Of a DNA stretch of 64,000 nucleotides, positions 36,161 through 49,720 are shown in pieces. A model generated the notes under the pieces. That model worked only from the letters and a program-made list of their open reading frames with translations, was not told the origin of the DNA and did not search any database. How positions within the stretch are numbered: the stretch's first letter is position 1; the number at the start of each line of letters is the position of its first letter. The DNA is from Chrysemys picta bellii (lineage: Eukaryota). The stretch is from contig NC_088807.1 of NCBI RefSeq assembly GCF_011386835.1, positions 23,250,001 to 23,314,000 on the forward strand, in the 5' to 3' direction. The position numbers were made by a program, and so were the translations under genes.

Positions 36161-38154
36161 TGGACAGAAGGAAATAGAGAGAAAGGAAGGTGGAGTGAGG
36201 GGAGGAGGAGGAGGAGGGGGAACAGGAAGAGGGAGGGGGCAGGCGGCCAGGCTGGGGGGCTGAGCGAAGAAGGGGGTTGGGGGGGGCAGAGAGGGAGCTG
36301 TGGGGGAGTGAGGGAAGGAAACAGGCACTGGCCCAGTGGGGTGTCGCTAAGATCCCTCCCGAGCGGCCCGGACCCCAGCGTGCCCCATTGGGAGCCAGGT
36401 AAGAACTGCCCCCCAACCAGCCCCCCAACCCTGTCCTGTCCGTCCACAGCGCCCCCCCCCCGTCTGTTCATCCCTCCTGGAGTCTCAGGGTGGGGGGTGG
36501 GGGGGCGCAGAGCAACTGGAATCAATGGGGGGGTTGTGTGTCTGCCCCCCGCCCAGGCCCGTGGGCGCGGATTCCTTAGGTGGTGTGCATACCATGCCCC
36601 GCCCCGGGCACCAGCTGGCATGGGGCGGGCAAGGGGGGAGCTCAGGCTGGGGGGGGGGTCAGAGGGCTAAGGGGGGGTGGGGGAATTTGAGGGGGGGTGA
36701 TTTGCCCCCCGTGGGGGGAACCCCGCAGCTGTGGGGGGAGATGGGGGGCAGGCCGGCTGGGGGACGCGGGGGAGAGGGGGGCTCCAGCCAGGGCACTGAG
36801 CCAAGGAGGAGGGGTTGGGGGGGCTCTGGGATGTGGGGGGAGGGGCGGGGGGGACGCAGCTGCCGTGGGGGGGAGGGGGGAGACCAGGGAGTTTTGTCCT
36901 GCTCTGAATTCCAGCTAAATACCTCGGGCCTGCTGGGGCCTGACGTTGCGAGCTTCCCCCCAGCAGTGCCCCAGCCAGGGACCCTGACACTGCGAGCTTC
37001 CCTCCAGCAGTGCCCGAGCCAGAGACCCTGGGGCTGCGAGCTTCCCCCCAGCAGTGCCCCAGCTGCGGACCCGGAAGCTGCGAGCTTCCCCCCAGCAGTG
37101 CCCCAAGCCGGGGAACGGGTTAAATCCAGGCCCGCCGGGTCTCTGACCCCGGGGTGGGGCCGAGCTGTGTCGGATCAGGAATTCCTGGCTCCCTGCGCCC
37201 CCCGCCCCCGCAGGCAGCTGGTCCCTGTGTCCCAGCCGGCGCCGCAGCCGGAGCTGGGAACAGAACCAGCGGCTCTGTCGGCCGGATCCCCCCGCCCCGG
37301 GCCCGGCGTCCGCCCGGGGGTGCGCGGGGCTCCGGCGCCTCAGCTCCCCACTTGACTGATCTGCAGTAAGGGGGGGGCAGGGCGTGTTTTGGGGGCCCCT
37401 GTCTGGGTGCCGGGGGTCGGGTTATAGCGGGGGGGGGGCGTTACTGGGTCGGGTGCTGGGGGTCCTGGGGGCTGGCGTATAGCGGGTCGGAGGAGGGGCA
37501 TGTCTGGGTGCCGGGGGTCCCCAGGGGATGGGTGTAGCGAGGGGGGCGTGTCTCCGTTCTGAAGGTCCTGGGGGCCGGGGTATAGCAGGGTGGGGCAGGA
37601 CCGTGTCTGGGTATCGGGGCTCCCAGGGGCTGGGGTGTAGCGAGGGGGGGCGTTTCTCCGTTCTGAGGGTCCCGAGGGGCTGGGATACGGGGGAGGGGAC
37701 GGGGCCATGTCTGGGTGCTGGGGGTCCCCATGGGGATGGGGTATAGCGGGGTGGGGGCAGGACCGTGTCTGGGTATTGGGGGTCCCCATGGGGATGGGGT
37801 GTAGTGGGGGGATGGGGCCGTGACTCCATGCCGGTGGGTCCCCGGCTGGGGGCACTGCTGTGAGGAAGCTCGCAGCTTTGCACTGGCCCTTGCCATGGGG
37901 CCTTGCTAGCCGCCGCTCTCACCCCCTAGCACAGCCCCCCCCCCCCCCAGCTGTGTCCGGGCCTCCCACCCCCATCCCAGTGCCCAGGCCAGGGGCATGA
38001 ATGGCTCCATTCATCCTCCGCCCCCCTCGGGGGCCCCCCCTCCTGCGGCCCCCCTCCCGGGAATCTGGGGCCGCCGCTAGCTCAGGTCTCGCTTTGTTCT
38101 CCCACCCACGGGCCACCCTGGACCCTACGCGCCGGGTCAGGGGAGATGCCAGCC

Positions 38155-38850
38155 TGTCTGCCTGCTGCGAGCTTCCCTGGAGCAGTGCCCCCAGCCGGGG
38201 ACCCCGGTGCTGCGAGCTTCCCCGGAGCGGTGCCCCAGCCGGGGACCCCAGTGCTGTGAACTTACCTGCAACAGTGCCCGCAGCTGGGACCCTGGTGCTG
38301 CGAGCTTCCCTGCAGCAGTGCCCCAGCCAGAGACCCCAGCGCTGCGAGCTTCCCCGGAGCGGTGCCCCAGCCGGGGACCCCGGTGCTGTGAACTTACCTG
38401 CAACAGTGCCCGCAGCTGGGACCCCGGCACTGCGAGCTTCCCCGCAGCGGTGCCCCAGCAAGGGACCCCAGCACTGCGAGCTTCCCCGGAGCGGTGCCCC
38501 AGCCGGGGACCCGAGCTGTGAGCTTCCCTGGAGCAGTGCCCCAGCTGGAGACCCCAGTGCTGTGATTTTCCCCACAGCAGTGCCCCAGCTGGAGACCCCA
38601 GCGCTGTGAGCTTCCTCACAGCAGTGCCCCAGCTGGAGACCCCAGTGCTGCGAACTTACCTGCAGCAGTGCCCCAGCTGGAGACCCCAGCGCTGTGAGCT
38701 TCCCCCGAATAGTGCCCCAAACAGGGACCCTGGTGCTGTGAGCTTCCCTGAAGCAGTGCCCCAGCTAGAGACCCCAGTGCTGTGAACTTCCCTGCAGCAG
38801 TGCCCCCAGTCGGGGACTCTGGTGCTGCGAGCTTCCGCACAGCAGTGCCC
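38155..38850. repeat. About 42-bp dispersed minisatellite (family B)
   Basis: GCTGCGAGCTTCCCCACAGCAGTGCCCCAGCTGGAGACCCCA; also at about 290-470, 2495-2720, 36945-37110 and inverted at 52145-52670. Confidence 0.9.
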
Positions 38851-38904
38851 TGACGCCCCAGGCCCATGTTCTGTTCCAGGCGTGGGCTGGGCCGGCCGGG
38901 AGCC

Positions 38905-41900
38905 ATGGCCGACGGGGAACGTCCCAGGAGCAGCCTGAGCCAGGCCAGCAGCGTCCTCACCATCTCCTCCGTCAGCCTGGGGGCCGCCAAGGTGTGTGGG
39001 GCGGGGCTGGGGCTCTGCCATGGGGTGGCCTGGGGGGGGACTCCGACCCACCACCCCCTGCCCCCCACATCCACCCTCTCCTCTTCTCCCGCCCACAGCT
39101 CCCACCTTAACTCCCACAACACCTACTCCTAAACCTGGGCCCCCTAGAGGGGACAGGCCCCATTCCCTGCCCCCCTGAGCCAGCCACTCCCTGCCCTGGG
39201 GCCGGCTGGGAGCCGGCGCCCCCTAGTGGCTGGTGTGTGTGTGTGTGTGTGTGGGGGGGATTAACCCTTTCCTGTCCGCCCCCCCCCCCCCCAGCCGTCG
39301 CGCTCCCTGCGGAGGGTTCACACCTTCGGGAAAAGGGAAAATTCCATCAAGCGGGACCCCAACGCCCCTGTCGTCATTCGGGGCTGGCTCTGCAAACAGG
39401 TACCAAGGGGGTGTTAGGTTGGGGGGGCGACAGGGCGGGGAGGTGATCGCTTGGGGGGTGATGGGGCAGAGGGGTCTGGGAGTTCGGGGGAGCAAGATCA
39501 TTGAGGTGGGTATAGGGCAGGGACACTCAATGGGGTGGGGGAATGGTGAGGTGGGGGGGATGGGGGAGGGGCTGTTGGGGGGCATGAGGGAGGGGCTGCT
39601 AGTGTGGGGGGATTGTTGGGAGGCCATGGGGGAGGGGCTGTTGGGGGGCATGGGGGAGGGGCTGCTAGTTTTGGGGGGCATGGGGGAGGGGTGGTTGGGG
39701 GCATGGGGAGGGGCTGTTACTTTTGGGGGGCTGTTGTGGGCATGGGGAGGGGCGGTTGGGGGGCATGGGGAGGGGCTGTTACTTTTGGGGGGCTGTTGGG
39801 GGGCATGGGGAGAGGCTGTTAGTTTTGGGGCATGGGAGAGAGGCTGTTGGGGGGCATGGGGAAGGGGCTGTTAGTTTTGGGGGGCATGGGAGAGGGCTGT
39901 TGGGGGGCATGGGGAGAGGCTGTTAGTTTTGGGGGCATGGGGAGGGGCTGTTGGGGGGCATGGGGAAGGGGCTGTTAGTTTTGGGGCATGGGAGAGGGGC
40001 TGTTGGGGGGCATGGGGAAGGGGCTGTTAGTTTTGGGGGGCATGGGAGAGGGGCTGTTGGGGGGCATGGGGAGAGGCTGTTAGTTTTGGGGGGCATGGGA
40101 GAGAGGCTGTTGGGGGGCATGGGAGAGAGGCTGTTGGGGGGCATGGGGAAGGGGCTGTTAGTTTTTGGGGGCACGGGAGAGGCTGTTAGTTTTGGGGGCA
40201 TGGGGAGGGGCTGTTGGGGGGCATGGGGAAGAGGCTGTTAGTTTTGGGGGGCATGGGGGAGGGGCAGTTGGGGGACATGGGGAGAGGCTGTTAGTTTTGA
40301 GGGCATGGGAGAGGGCTGTTGGGGGGCATGGGGAAGAGGCTGTTAGTTTTGGGGGGTGATGTAGGGGGCTGGCTCTCTATGGGGCGATCAGGCTGGGAAC
40401 AGGCCTGGGGGTTGGATGGGGAGGGTGGTAGGTTTGGGGGAATGGGGTGGGGGCTGTTAGTCAGGGTGTGGGGTGCCATGGGGCCGGTGCTCTGGGGGGG
40501 TCGATGTGTGGGGGGGTTTCTTCTAATAGGGCAAAGGGTCTGATCCCTTGGCGAGGGACTGGTACCCGGGGGGGGGGCAGGGAGTTGGAGGGCCGCTGGG
40601 GGGCAGGGGCCTGGAGGGGCGAGGGGAAAGGCTGGGCCCCCGCCCCCCACTCGCTGCCTGTGCCCCTCACCCTGCTGTCGGGGCGGCTCTCGTTCCAGGA
40701 CAGCTCCGGCCTAAAGCTGTGGAAGCGACGCTGGTTTGTGCTGGCCGATTACTGCCTCTTCTACTACCGAGGTACCAGCCCCCCAACCCGCCCGGCCGGG
40801 GGCGCCGTGGGGAGTGGGGGAGGGGAGCTCCCGGCTGCCCCAGCCCTGCCCCAGCAGGGGGCGCCGTGGGGAGTGGGCCAGGGAGCGACAGCCCATTAAC
40901 CCCTCCTTCCTTTTGGGGTCCCCCAGACAGCAGGGAGGAGGCGGTTTTGGGGAGCATCCCGCTCCCCAGCTACGAGATCCGGCCGCTGCCCGGGGAGGGG
41001 AAGAGCCGAAGATTCACATTCAAGGTCAGTCCGGGGGGAGTCGGTCTGGTCAGAGCGCCCCCCCAGGTACCCCATTCGGGGTCCCCCACTTGGAGACACC
41101 CGGACGCCTGGGTTCTATTCCCCAGCTCTGGGAGGGGAGTGGGGGCTGGTGGTTAGAATGGGAGGGGGCTGGGAGGCAGGACTCCTGGGTTCTCTCCCTG
41201 GCTCTGGGAGGGGAGTGGGGGCTAGGGGGTTAGAGCGGGGGAGGGGGGCTCTCTGGAGCCGACGGTCAGGGCCCCTCCCCGCTAACTAGCACCCCCCCCC
41301 ATCTGTGCCCCAGGCCGAGCACCGGGGGATGCGGACGTACCACTTCAGCGCGGACACCCAGGAGGACATGAACGGCTGGATCCGAGCCATGAGCCAGTCC
41401 GCTGCGGCCGAGAGTGATCCCAGCACCATGTAGGGGTGGGGGGGTCTAGTGGTTAGAGTGGTGGGGGTGGGAGCCAGGACTCCTGGGTTCTCTCCCCAGC
41501 TCTGGGACGGGAGTGGGGTCTAGTGGTTAGGCTGAGGGGGGCTGGGAGCCAGGACTCCTGGGTTCTCTCCCAGCTCTGGGGAGGGGAGTGGGTCTAGTGG
41601 TTAGAGCTGAGGGGGGCTGGGAGCCAGGACTCCTGGGTTCTCTCCAGCTCTGGGAGGGGAGTGGGGTCTAGTGGTTAAAACATGGGGCAAGGGGTCTGGG
41701 ACTCCTGGGTTGTGGCATAATAACTATTCTCTGTCTCTCACCCCATAGCAGCAGCCGACCCCCCCAGCTGCTCAGCCGGCCGGTGCCCCCCCAGGCCCGT
41801 CTCTTCGAGGACGTCCGGCCACTCACGCCCGACCTGGGTCCCGCCAAAAGCGCCGAGTCCTTGGAAATCGCCCGGCTCTCGGGCCCCCACTCGTCTGCAG

Positions 41901-44900
41901 AGAGTCTGTCTGCGACGGGACGGGGGGCACAGGGCGAGGGGGGGCTCCTGCCCAGCGGCCCTGCCCCACCCCCCAGCCCGGTCAATGGGGAAGGGCTCGG
42001 GGGGGAGCTGCAGGGCCTAAGGTAAGAGCCTTTCGCCCTGGTCTCCTCCAGAAGGGGGCGCTGTGTTAGTGGGGGCAGGGGTACCTCACCGCCCGATTAA
42101 CCCTTTCATCTCTGCTCCTCTTTCCCCAGCTCTCTCTCATCCCGCATTCTGCGGGGTCAGGAGCCCTCGGCAGCCAAACGCCCCCCTCCTGGCCCCCCCA
42201 GACCCTCCCCACCCCCCCCTGAGTCTGAACAGCCCCCCCTGGAACTCCCCTCCCCCTGGGAACCCTCTGCAGCTGCCCAGTCCCACGTCCGCTCCTCCCG
42301 TTCCTACTCCCTTCCCCCCACCCCCGCTGAGCTCAGGGGTGCGCGGGGGGGCCAGGGGGGTGCAGGGGCGTCCTCCGGGAGGGTTCGAGCCCCTGAGCTG
42401 GCTGCGTCCTGCGAAGATCTCCCCCTGCTGGTCCAGGCCGGGTCCAGCCTGGCCCGGCCCCACACCCCCGTGGGGAGGGTGGATATCGCCCCCGGGGGGG
42501 CCGTGCGGGGCAGCAGGCCCATCCCTGGGCGCCCCCAGACCCCCGCCGACCGCTACGACGTGCGGCCCTCCGAGGAGCCCTGTGCCCGGCCCCCCGGGCG
42601 CTACCCCCGCAGCCCTCACCCCAGCCACTGCCTGGCGCGGCCCGGGACCCCGGCGGAGGAGAGCCCCCCGCAGACGGCCACGCTGGGACCTGCCCTGGGG
42701 AGACAGCCCCGGAGCCGGGTAGGCTGTGGGGGGGGCGCTGGGCTGTGGGGAGCGGGGTGGGGGGGGTCAGCAGGGGGCGCTGGGCTGTGGGGAGCGGGGC
42801 AGGTGGTCAGCAGGGGGCGCTGGGCTGTGGGGAGCGGAGTGGGGGCTCGGCAGGGGGGTGTGCTTCGGGGTGGGGGGTCAGCGCTGTCTGACCCCTGTCT
42901 TCTCTGCCCCCCTGCAGTTCACAGACCGTGTGTACCCCTCCCTGGGGGCTGCCCCACCCCGCGCCCGTCTCCACGGCCGATTGGTGAGTGACCCTCCTCC
43001 CGCACCCCCGTTCTCCTGCCCCCCCATGTCCTCCCACCGCTGACCCTGTCCTCGCCCCTTTCTCCCTAGATCTCCCCACATTCGGCCTCCTCCGGCTACC
43101 TCCACCTGCCCCCACTGCCCCCGCTCGCCAGCCGCCCCCCAGGGAAGAGGACCTCACTGGGAGCTCCGGTATGTACCCCCCGCCAAGTCCGTGCCTCAGT
43201 TTCCCCCTCCATCCTCTGATCAGCCCCTTGCAGGGGCGCCCTGTGGCTAGGCCGACAGGATTCTGGCATGGGAGTGGGGAGGGGAACATGGGGGGAGGGC
43301 CGGACTCCTGGGTTCTCCGCTCCTCACCCTCTTGTTCTTTTTTCTTCCCCAGCCCTGGACCGTGGCCCCTCTGTCCCGGGACAGGACCCTGTTGACACTG
43401 CCCAGGGCTGAAAGTGACACCGATGTGAGTGTGTGTGTCTGTGTCCTCTGCCCCCCATGCACAGCGTCACCCACATGCCCCGGACACCCCAAAATCCCCC
43501 CTGGATCAGACCCACAGGCCCATCTACCCCTGTATCCCGCCTCCCCCGGCTCGGACCCCTGGGCCCATCTACCCTGGTATCCCCCCTCCTCCCTGGTTTT
43601 TACAGCTGAGCATTTTGGGGTATTTGGCCAGGCCTTTGGCACACGAGACGCTCCCCAGGGTCACTTCCTGCCCGAGACGCCCCAAACCTGAACCCCATGT
43701 CCGCAACCCCCCCACACTCACACTAACCATGGCGCCACCTGGAGGCCGCAGCTGAAACAACCAGGTTTTCTCACCCTCCCCCCCCCCCCCCCCCCCGGGA
43801 TGTCTTTTTTCTTTTTCCTCCCACCCTAGATTCTCCTGACTAAACTCTGCGGCCAGGACAAGCTGCTTCGGGGGCTGGAGGAGGAGACGGGGCAGCTGCG
43901 GGCTGAGAAGGTGATTTCACCCCCCACACACACACACCAGCCTGGGCAAGGAGTCCCCGTATACCCAGCCCCCGCGCCCCACCCCAGAGCCAGTCGCATC
44001 CCAGCGCCAGGCGAGGGGTCCCCCGATACCCAGCCCCCGTGCTCCACCCCAAAGCCAGCCGCATCCCAGCACCGGGTGAGGGGTCCCCCGATACCCAGCC
44101 CCCGTGCCCCACCCCAGAGCCAGCCGCATCCCAGCGCCAGGCGAGGAGTCCCCAGATACCCAGCCCCCGGGCCCCACCCCAGAGCCAGCCGCATCGCAGT
44201 GCCGGCTGAGGGGTCCCCATATACCCAGCCCCCGCGCCCCACCGGTCAGGCTTGGCAATTGCTTCCACCAGGTGGCGCTGGGTGAAAACAGAGGCTGCCC
44301 CAGAGTGGCGGTGGTAGTGGGGGCAATGGGGCATTAACCCCTTAAGTGCTGGGCTGTTGGTAAGGGGGCCCCAGAGGATTTTCCCCATGCCCTCCAAGAT
44401 AGGGTGGGAGGGCAGGAACTTCCCCACCCCTCTGGTCCCGCCCCACCCCATCCAAGGGGTAACCGGGTTGGACCCCGCAGGAGAGGCTGGAGAAGGCCCT
44501 GGAGCTGGTCCGGCACCAGCTGGATGAATGCCAAGGCCCGGAGCTGGCAGAGGAGAAAATCTGGTACCAGCAGAGGCGGCTGCAGGACGAGCTGGTGCAA
44601 GTCAGAGCCCGGCTTTGCGACCTGGCGCTGGTGAGTGTGAGCGGCCCCGAACCCCACCCCAGAGGGGCCGCACCTCAGCCCCGGGTCCCCGTATACCCAG
44701 CCCCCCGCCCCACCCCAGAGGGGCCGCACCTCGGACCCGGGTCCCCGTATACCCAGCCCCCCGCCCCACCCCAGAGGGGCCGCACCTCGGACCCGGGTCC
44801 CCATATACCCAGCCCCCCGCCCCACCCCAGAGGGGCCGCACCTCGGCGCTGGGTCCCCGTATAGCCAGCCCCCTGAACCCCACCCCAGAGGGGCTGCGTC

Positions 44901-47900
44901 CCAGCGCCGGGTCCCCGTATAGCCAGCGCCCCACCCCAGAGGGGCCGCACCTCTGCCCCGGTTCCCCGTATACCCAGCCCCCCGCCCCACCCCAGAGGGG
45001 CCGCACCTCGGCGCTGGGTCCCCGTATAGCCAGCCCCCTGAACCCCACCCCAGAGGGGCTGCGTCCCAGCGCCGGGTCCCCGTATAGCCAGCCCCCCGCC
45101 CCACCCCAAAGGGGCCGCACCTCAGCGCCGGGTCCCCGTACACCCAGCCCCCCGCCCCACCCCAGAGGGGCCGCACCTCAGCGCCGGGTCCCTGTATAGC
45201 CAGCCCCCCGAACCCCACCCCAGAGGGGCCGCACTTCAGCGCCGGGTCCCCGTATAGCCAGCCCCCCGAACCCCACCCCAGAGGGGCCGCGTCCCGGCCC
45301 TGTGTCCTGTATAACCAGTTTCCCATTCAGGACAGCGAGAGGGCTTGGGGAGATTTCGCCGGCCTAGAAAATGAGCTGCTGACGCTGCGGGAAACGCTGG
45401 CTCAGATCCGACAGCTCGGGCACCCCCAGGTACGTCACCCTGCTAGGGCACCTCCATCTTGCCGCTGCGCTGAAGGGATGGGCCTGTGGGACTCCCTGCC
45501 ACATGATTTCCCTGGGGCGAATCGCTCAGCAAATCCCTAAAGCAAACCGGGATTGTACGGAGGGCGCTGGGCTGTGGGGAGTGGGGTGGGGGGCTCGGCC
45601 GGGGGCGCTGGGCTGCGGGGAGTGGGGCGGGGGGCTCGGCCGGGGGCGCTGGGCTGCGGGGAGTGGGGTGGGGGGCTCGGCAGGGGGCGCTCTCCCCTCA
45701 CAGCTATAGGGATGTGGGAGCGCTGGCTAGGAGACACAGGGCCTGGGAGAACCGCCTGGTCTGTCTGGCTGCACCAGCCGTAGATGATATTCTGGGAGCA
45801 GGCGGGATACCGGGGTAGATGGGCCCGTAGGTGGTGCTGGGGTCCGATGCTAATTACTGTGCCGTGACCTTTCCCCTCTGCCCTTTGCCCTCAGGAGCAG
45901 GGGGCCGCCCAGCAGGAGCTGTGGATGATCGATGACATCATTGCGGGGTTGGGAGCCAGCCCTGCCCCCTACCCCGCCTTGGACCCCAGGACAAGTCCAG
46001 GTGCTGGCTGCAATGTCCCAGGGTGGTGATAGGGGGCACTGTGCTGTGGGGGGCAGGGTGGGGCTATCGGGGGGCGCTGTGCTGTGGGGGGCAGGGTGGG
46101 GGCTATCGGGGGTGCTGTGCTGGGGGGGCAGGGTGGGACTATCGGGGGCGCTGTGCTGTGGGGGGTGGGGGCTATCAGGGGTGCTGTGGGGGGCCGGGTG
46201 GGGGCTATCGGGGGTGCTGTGCTGGGGGGGTGGGGGCTATGTGGGGGGACCGGGCTGTGGAGGGTGGGGGGCCATCAGGGGGCACTGTGTGGTGAGGGCT
46301 ATCGGGGGCGCTGTGCTGTGGGGGGTGGGGGCTATCAGGGGTGCTGTGGGGGGCCGGGTGGGGGCTATCGGGGGTGCTGTGCTGGGGGGGTGGGGGCTAT
46401 GTGGGGGGACCGGGCTGTGGAGGGTGGGGGGCCATCAGGGGGCACTGTGTGGTGAGGGCTATCGGGGGTGCTGTGCTGTGCTCTGGGGGGGTGGGGACTC
46501 AGTGGGTCGCTGACGCTGTCACGTCTCCTTTTCAGGCTTCTCTCTGGCTGCCTCCTCCATTCTGGAGCATGGGGGGGGCTCAGCCCGGAGCCACCTGCCC
46601 CTCCTGGGGCCGGATGGGGGAGGCCACGACCACGAGCTGCCCCTCAGGGTGAGGGGCCTGTTTTCCGGGGCGGTGGGCACCCAGGCCCTCACTCCCGACC
46701 CGCAGCCCCTGCTAGCCCAGCCCTGGGCTCCCCCCAGCTCTGCCGGTGCCCCTCACTCCCGCCCCGCAGCCCCCTGCTAGCCCAGCCCTGCCCCCGCAAC
46801 CCTGCCGGTGCCCCTCACTCCCGCCCCGCAGCCCCTGCCAGCCCAGCCCTGCCGGTGCCCCTCACTCCCGACCCCGCAGCCCCTGCCAGCCTAGCCCTGC
46901 CCCCCCCTAGCCCTGCCGGTGCCCCTCACTCCCGACCCGCAGCCCCTGCTAGCCCAGCCCTGCCCCCCCTAGCCCTGCCGGTGCCCCTCACTCCCGACCC
47001 GCAGCCCCTGCTAGCCCAGCCCTGCCCCCCCTAGCCCTGCCGGTGCCCCTCACCCTCCCGACCTGCAGCCCCTGCCAGCCTGGCCCTGGGTTTCTCTCTG
47101 TTCCCCCGCAGGCCGTGCCAGCTGGCGGCCTGGAAGAGGGCCGAGCAATGAGGGGAGACGCCTGGGGCTCCCAGCCCCCTCAGAGCCCCTCTAGAAGAGG
47201 GGCCGGGTCCCCCGAGCTGGACGGAGGGCGCCCCCTGCAGGAGACGGATGTTGCGGCACCAGGTGCGGTTTCTCCCCCCCCCCCCCCCCCGTGCCCAGCC
47301 CGGCTGGGGCAGCATTCGCCCTTGGTCTCCCTTCCCAGCCCCCTTTTAACCCCTGCTTCTCCCCCCCACAGGTCTCAGCTCGCCTCCGGCCGCCCCCCAC
47401 CTGCCCCGGAGCCCCAGCCCAGGCCCCCATGAGCCCCGAGAGCAGAGAACCAAGGAGCTGCCAGCCAAGGTAGCCGGGCTCCCTCCCTTCCCCTGGGGGG
47501 TCAGTGTGTGGGAGCCCGGACACCTGGGTCCTATCCCCAACTCTGGGAGGGGAGTGGGTTTTAGTGGTTAGAGCGGGGGGGTGGGGGGAGGGGCTGGGAG
47601 CCAGGACGCCTGGGTTCTCTCCTGGCTCTGGGAGGGGATTGTGGGTGAGTGGTTAGAGCAGGGGAGGGGGGAGATCTGGGAGCCAGGACGCCTGGGTTCC
47701 CTCCTGCCATTCTCCCCACCTCCCAGGTGATCACAACGGACCCCCCTGGTCCCCACCGGGCCCGGATGAGCGTCCAGGAGCAGCTGGAGCGGATGCGCCG
47801 GCACCAGGAAGGCCAGAGGCAGCAGGAGGGGGGCAGGCCGAACCCCTGGGGCTCCCGGCAGGGCTCTGTCCGGGCCAGCGCCAGCCGGGTGGGTACGCAG

Positions 47901-49720
47901 CCTGCGGGGGAGGGGCTGACCGGCTGCCAGGCGGTGGGGCATGTCCCGAGGCCACACCCATTGTCTCCCCCAGTAAAGCCCATATCTCACCCACCCTGTG
48001 AGGGGAGGGGAGGGCTGGGAGCCAGGACTACTGGGTTCTTTCTCTGGTGCTGGGAGGGGAGTGGAGGCTAGTGGTTAGAGCAGGGAGCTGTGAGCCAGGA
48101 CTCCTGGGTTCTCTCCCTGGCTCTGGGAGGGGAGTGGGGCCTGGTGGTTGGAGCAGGGGGCTGGGAGCCAGGACTCCTGGGTTAGAAGATGGGTTCTGCT
48201 CTGGGGGGCAGCGCTGGCTAGCGGGGTGGAGTGGTTCTCTCCAGAGCTCGGATTCCTGGATGGAGCTTCCCCCGCGTTCACTTCCCCCTCCTAAAATTCC
48301 TCCTCCAGCTCCCTCTTCCGACTCACTCCCCCGACCTCGGGCCAGAGCCAACCCAGACCCCCATGGAGCCACCGCCGAGGGGGGGGCAGAGCGGGGGGGC
48401 CCTGGGGCCGGTCTCCCCCACCCCTCGAGAGAGACCGTCACCGGGTCATCACCTTGGCATACGCGCTAGCCACCGAGGCCTCTGAGCGCAGGAAACTCAT
48501 CACAGGTAACGGGGCTGTGAGCCCGGACTCCTGGGTTCTGTCCCCCCACAGTGACCTCTCTTTTCCATCCCCCCCCCAGCACCACTCCCATCCCAGCTGG
48601 GAAAATAGCTGAACAAATGAAGTGAAAAATGGCTGGAATCTGGTTCAGCTGTTGGGGAAATTTCTGACTCCTGCTGGCAGGTCCCTGGGGTGGGAACAGG
48701 TGTGTGTGTGTGTGTGTGGGGGGGGGCGTCCCTGGGGGGGCCGGAGGATGGGAAAGGCCATGTTTCTCTCTATGTCTAATTCATTAAAGCTCCCAGGAAC
48801 CAGACAGACACCTGAAGGGGTCCCCAGCCCCCACGGCCCACCCCAGAGGTGGCCGCATGTCCATGCCCGGCGAGGGTCCCCATATAACCAGCCCCCGTGC
48901 CCCACCCCAGAGGTGGCCGCATCTGCACGCCCGGCCAGGGGTCCCCGTATCACCAGCCCCCACGCCCCACCCCAGAGGTGGCCGCATCTCCACGCCCGGC
49001 GAGGGGTCCCCATATAACCAGCCCCCACGGCCCACCCCAGAGGTGGCCGCATGTCAGCACCGGGGAGGGGGGTCGGTGACTCTGGTCTCCTCTCTCTGTG
49101 CAGGGAAGACTCCGCCTGAGCCCCAGTTGGCGGCCAATCCGGACCCTTCCCCAGAGCCGCTGGATGCAGTGACCAATCAGCACACGCTGTTTACTCCCGC
49201 ACTCCCCCGGGGGCATCCAGAGGCCAATCACGTCGAGGCGGAACCATGTGCCCCAGCCAATCAGAATACAGCACTTAGCGCCAATTCAGTGCAACGGACG
49301 GGAGCGGCCAATCAGGCGTCGTCTCGATTTCAAGCGGCCAATTGGGCCTTGCCTGTTCACGAGCTTTCCAATTGGTTTTCACCCTTGCCTGAAGCAGCCA
49401 ATCAGGCAGCATGTCTGTCAGAGGCAGCCAATCGAGCATCGCCCCTGTCCGAGGGGTCTCATTGGGCACCCCCTTTGCCCACATTGGCCAATCAGACGTC
49501 GACTGCACCCAAGGCGTCCAATCGGGCATCGCCTCCGTTCTGGGCCGCCCAAAAGGAATGTGGGGATTGGGCGCCGGAGCAAAGGATTGTGGGTAACCAG
49601 GACGTGGCCAATGGCGGGTGTCGGGTGCGGGGCGGGCGTGCCGTGCCCAGGCAGGTGGTGGCGTACCTGGGCGAGGGGAGCCAGCCAATCAGGATCACCC
49701 TACTGCAGTCCAGCTTCTAA
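38905..49720 (+). CDS. PLEKHA4: Pleckstrin homology domain-containing family A member 4 (PEPP1), 20 coding exons
   Basis: Exons 38905-38991 (MADGERPRSSLSQASS), 39295-39399, 40699-40771 (DSSGLKLWKRRWFVLADYCLFYY), 40927-41024, 41314-41429 (PH domain), 41749-42021, 42337-42718 (acceptor less certain), 42918-42983, 43070-43168, 43353-43424, 43830-43910, 44481-44630, 45331-45429, 45895-46000, 46536-46648, 47112-47262, 47372-47469, 47727-47888 (RMSVQEQLERMRRHQE), 48245-48505 (-1 indel in a G run), 49104-49720 ending ITLLQSSF*. Confidence 0.93.
39545..40350. repeat. GGGGGCATGGGGAGGGGCTGTTAGTTTT minisatellite (PLEKHA4 intron)
   Basis: About 20/40-bp alternating tandem units. Confidence 0.9.
44640..45300. 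repeat. About 54-bp VNTR, PLEKHA4 intron (short allele)
   Basis: CCCCACCCCAGAGGGGCCGCACCTCGGCGCCGGGTCCCCGTATACCCAGCCCCCCG; the counterpart at 60445-61810 is about twice as long. Confidence 0.92.

Noticed and set aside
34687-36621. 644-aa Pro/Leu/Tyr-rich (extensin-like) ORF
   Set aside because: Reverse reading of the G/A tandem array.
8635-43210. Recurrent GGGGAAACTGAGGC motif as a novel element
   Set aside because: Matches the well-known MIR/CORE-SINE core; short relics only.
48047-48244. Upstream extension of the PLEKHA4 penultimate exon (QRWLAGWSG)
   Set aside because: The acceptor at 48244 gives the correct phase 0 with a good pyrimidine tract; upstream AGs lie in a family-A repeat with poor tracts. 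Not fully excluded.
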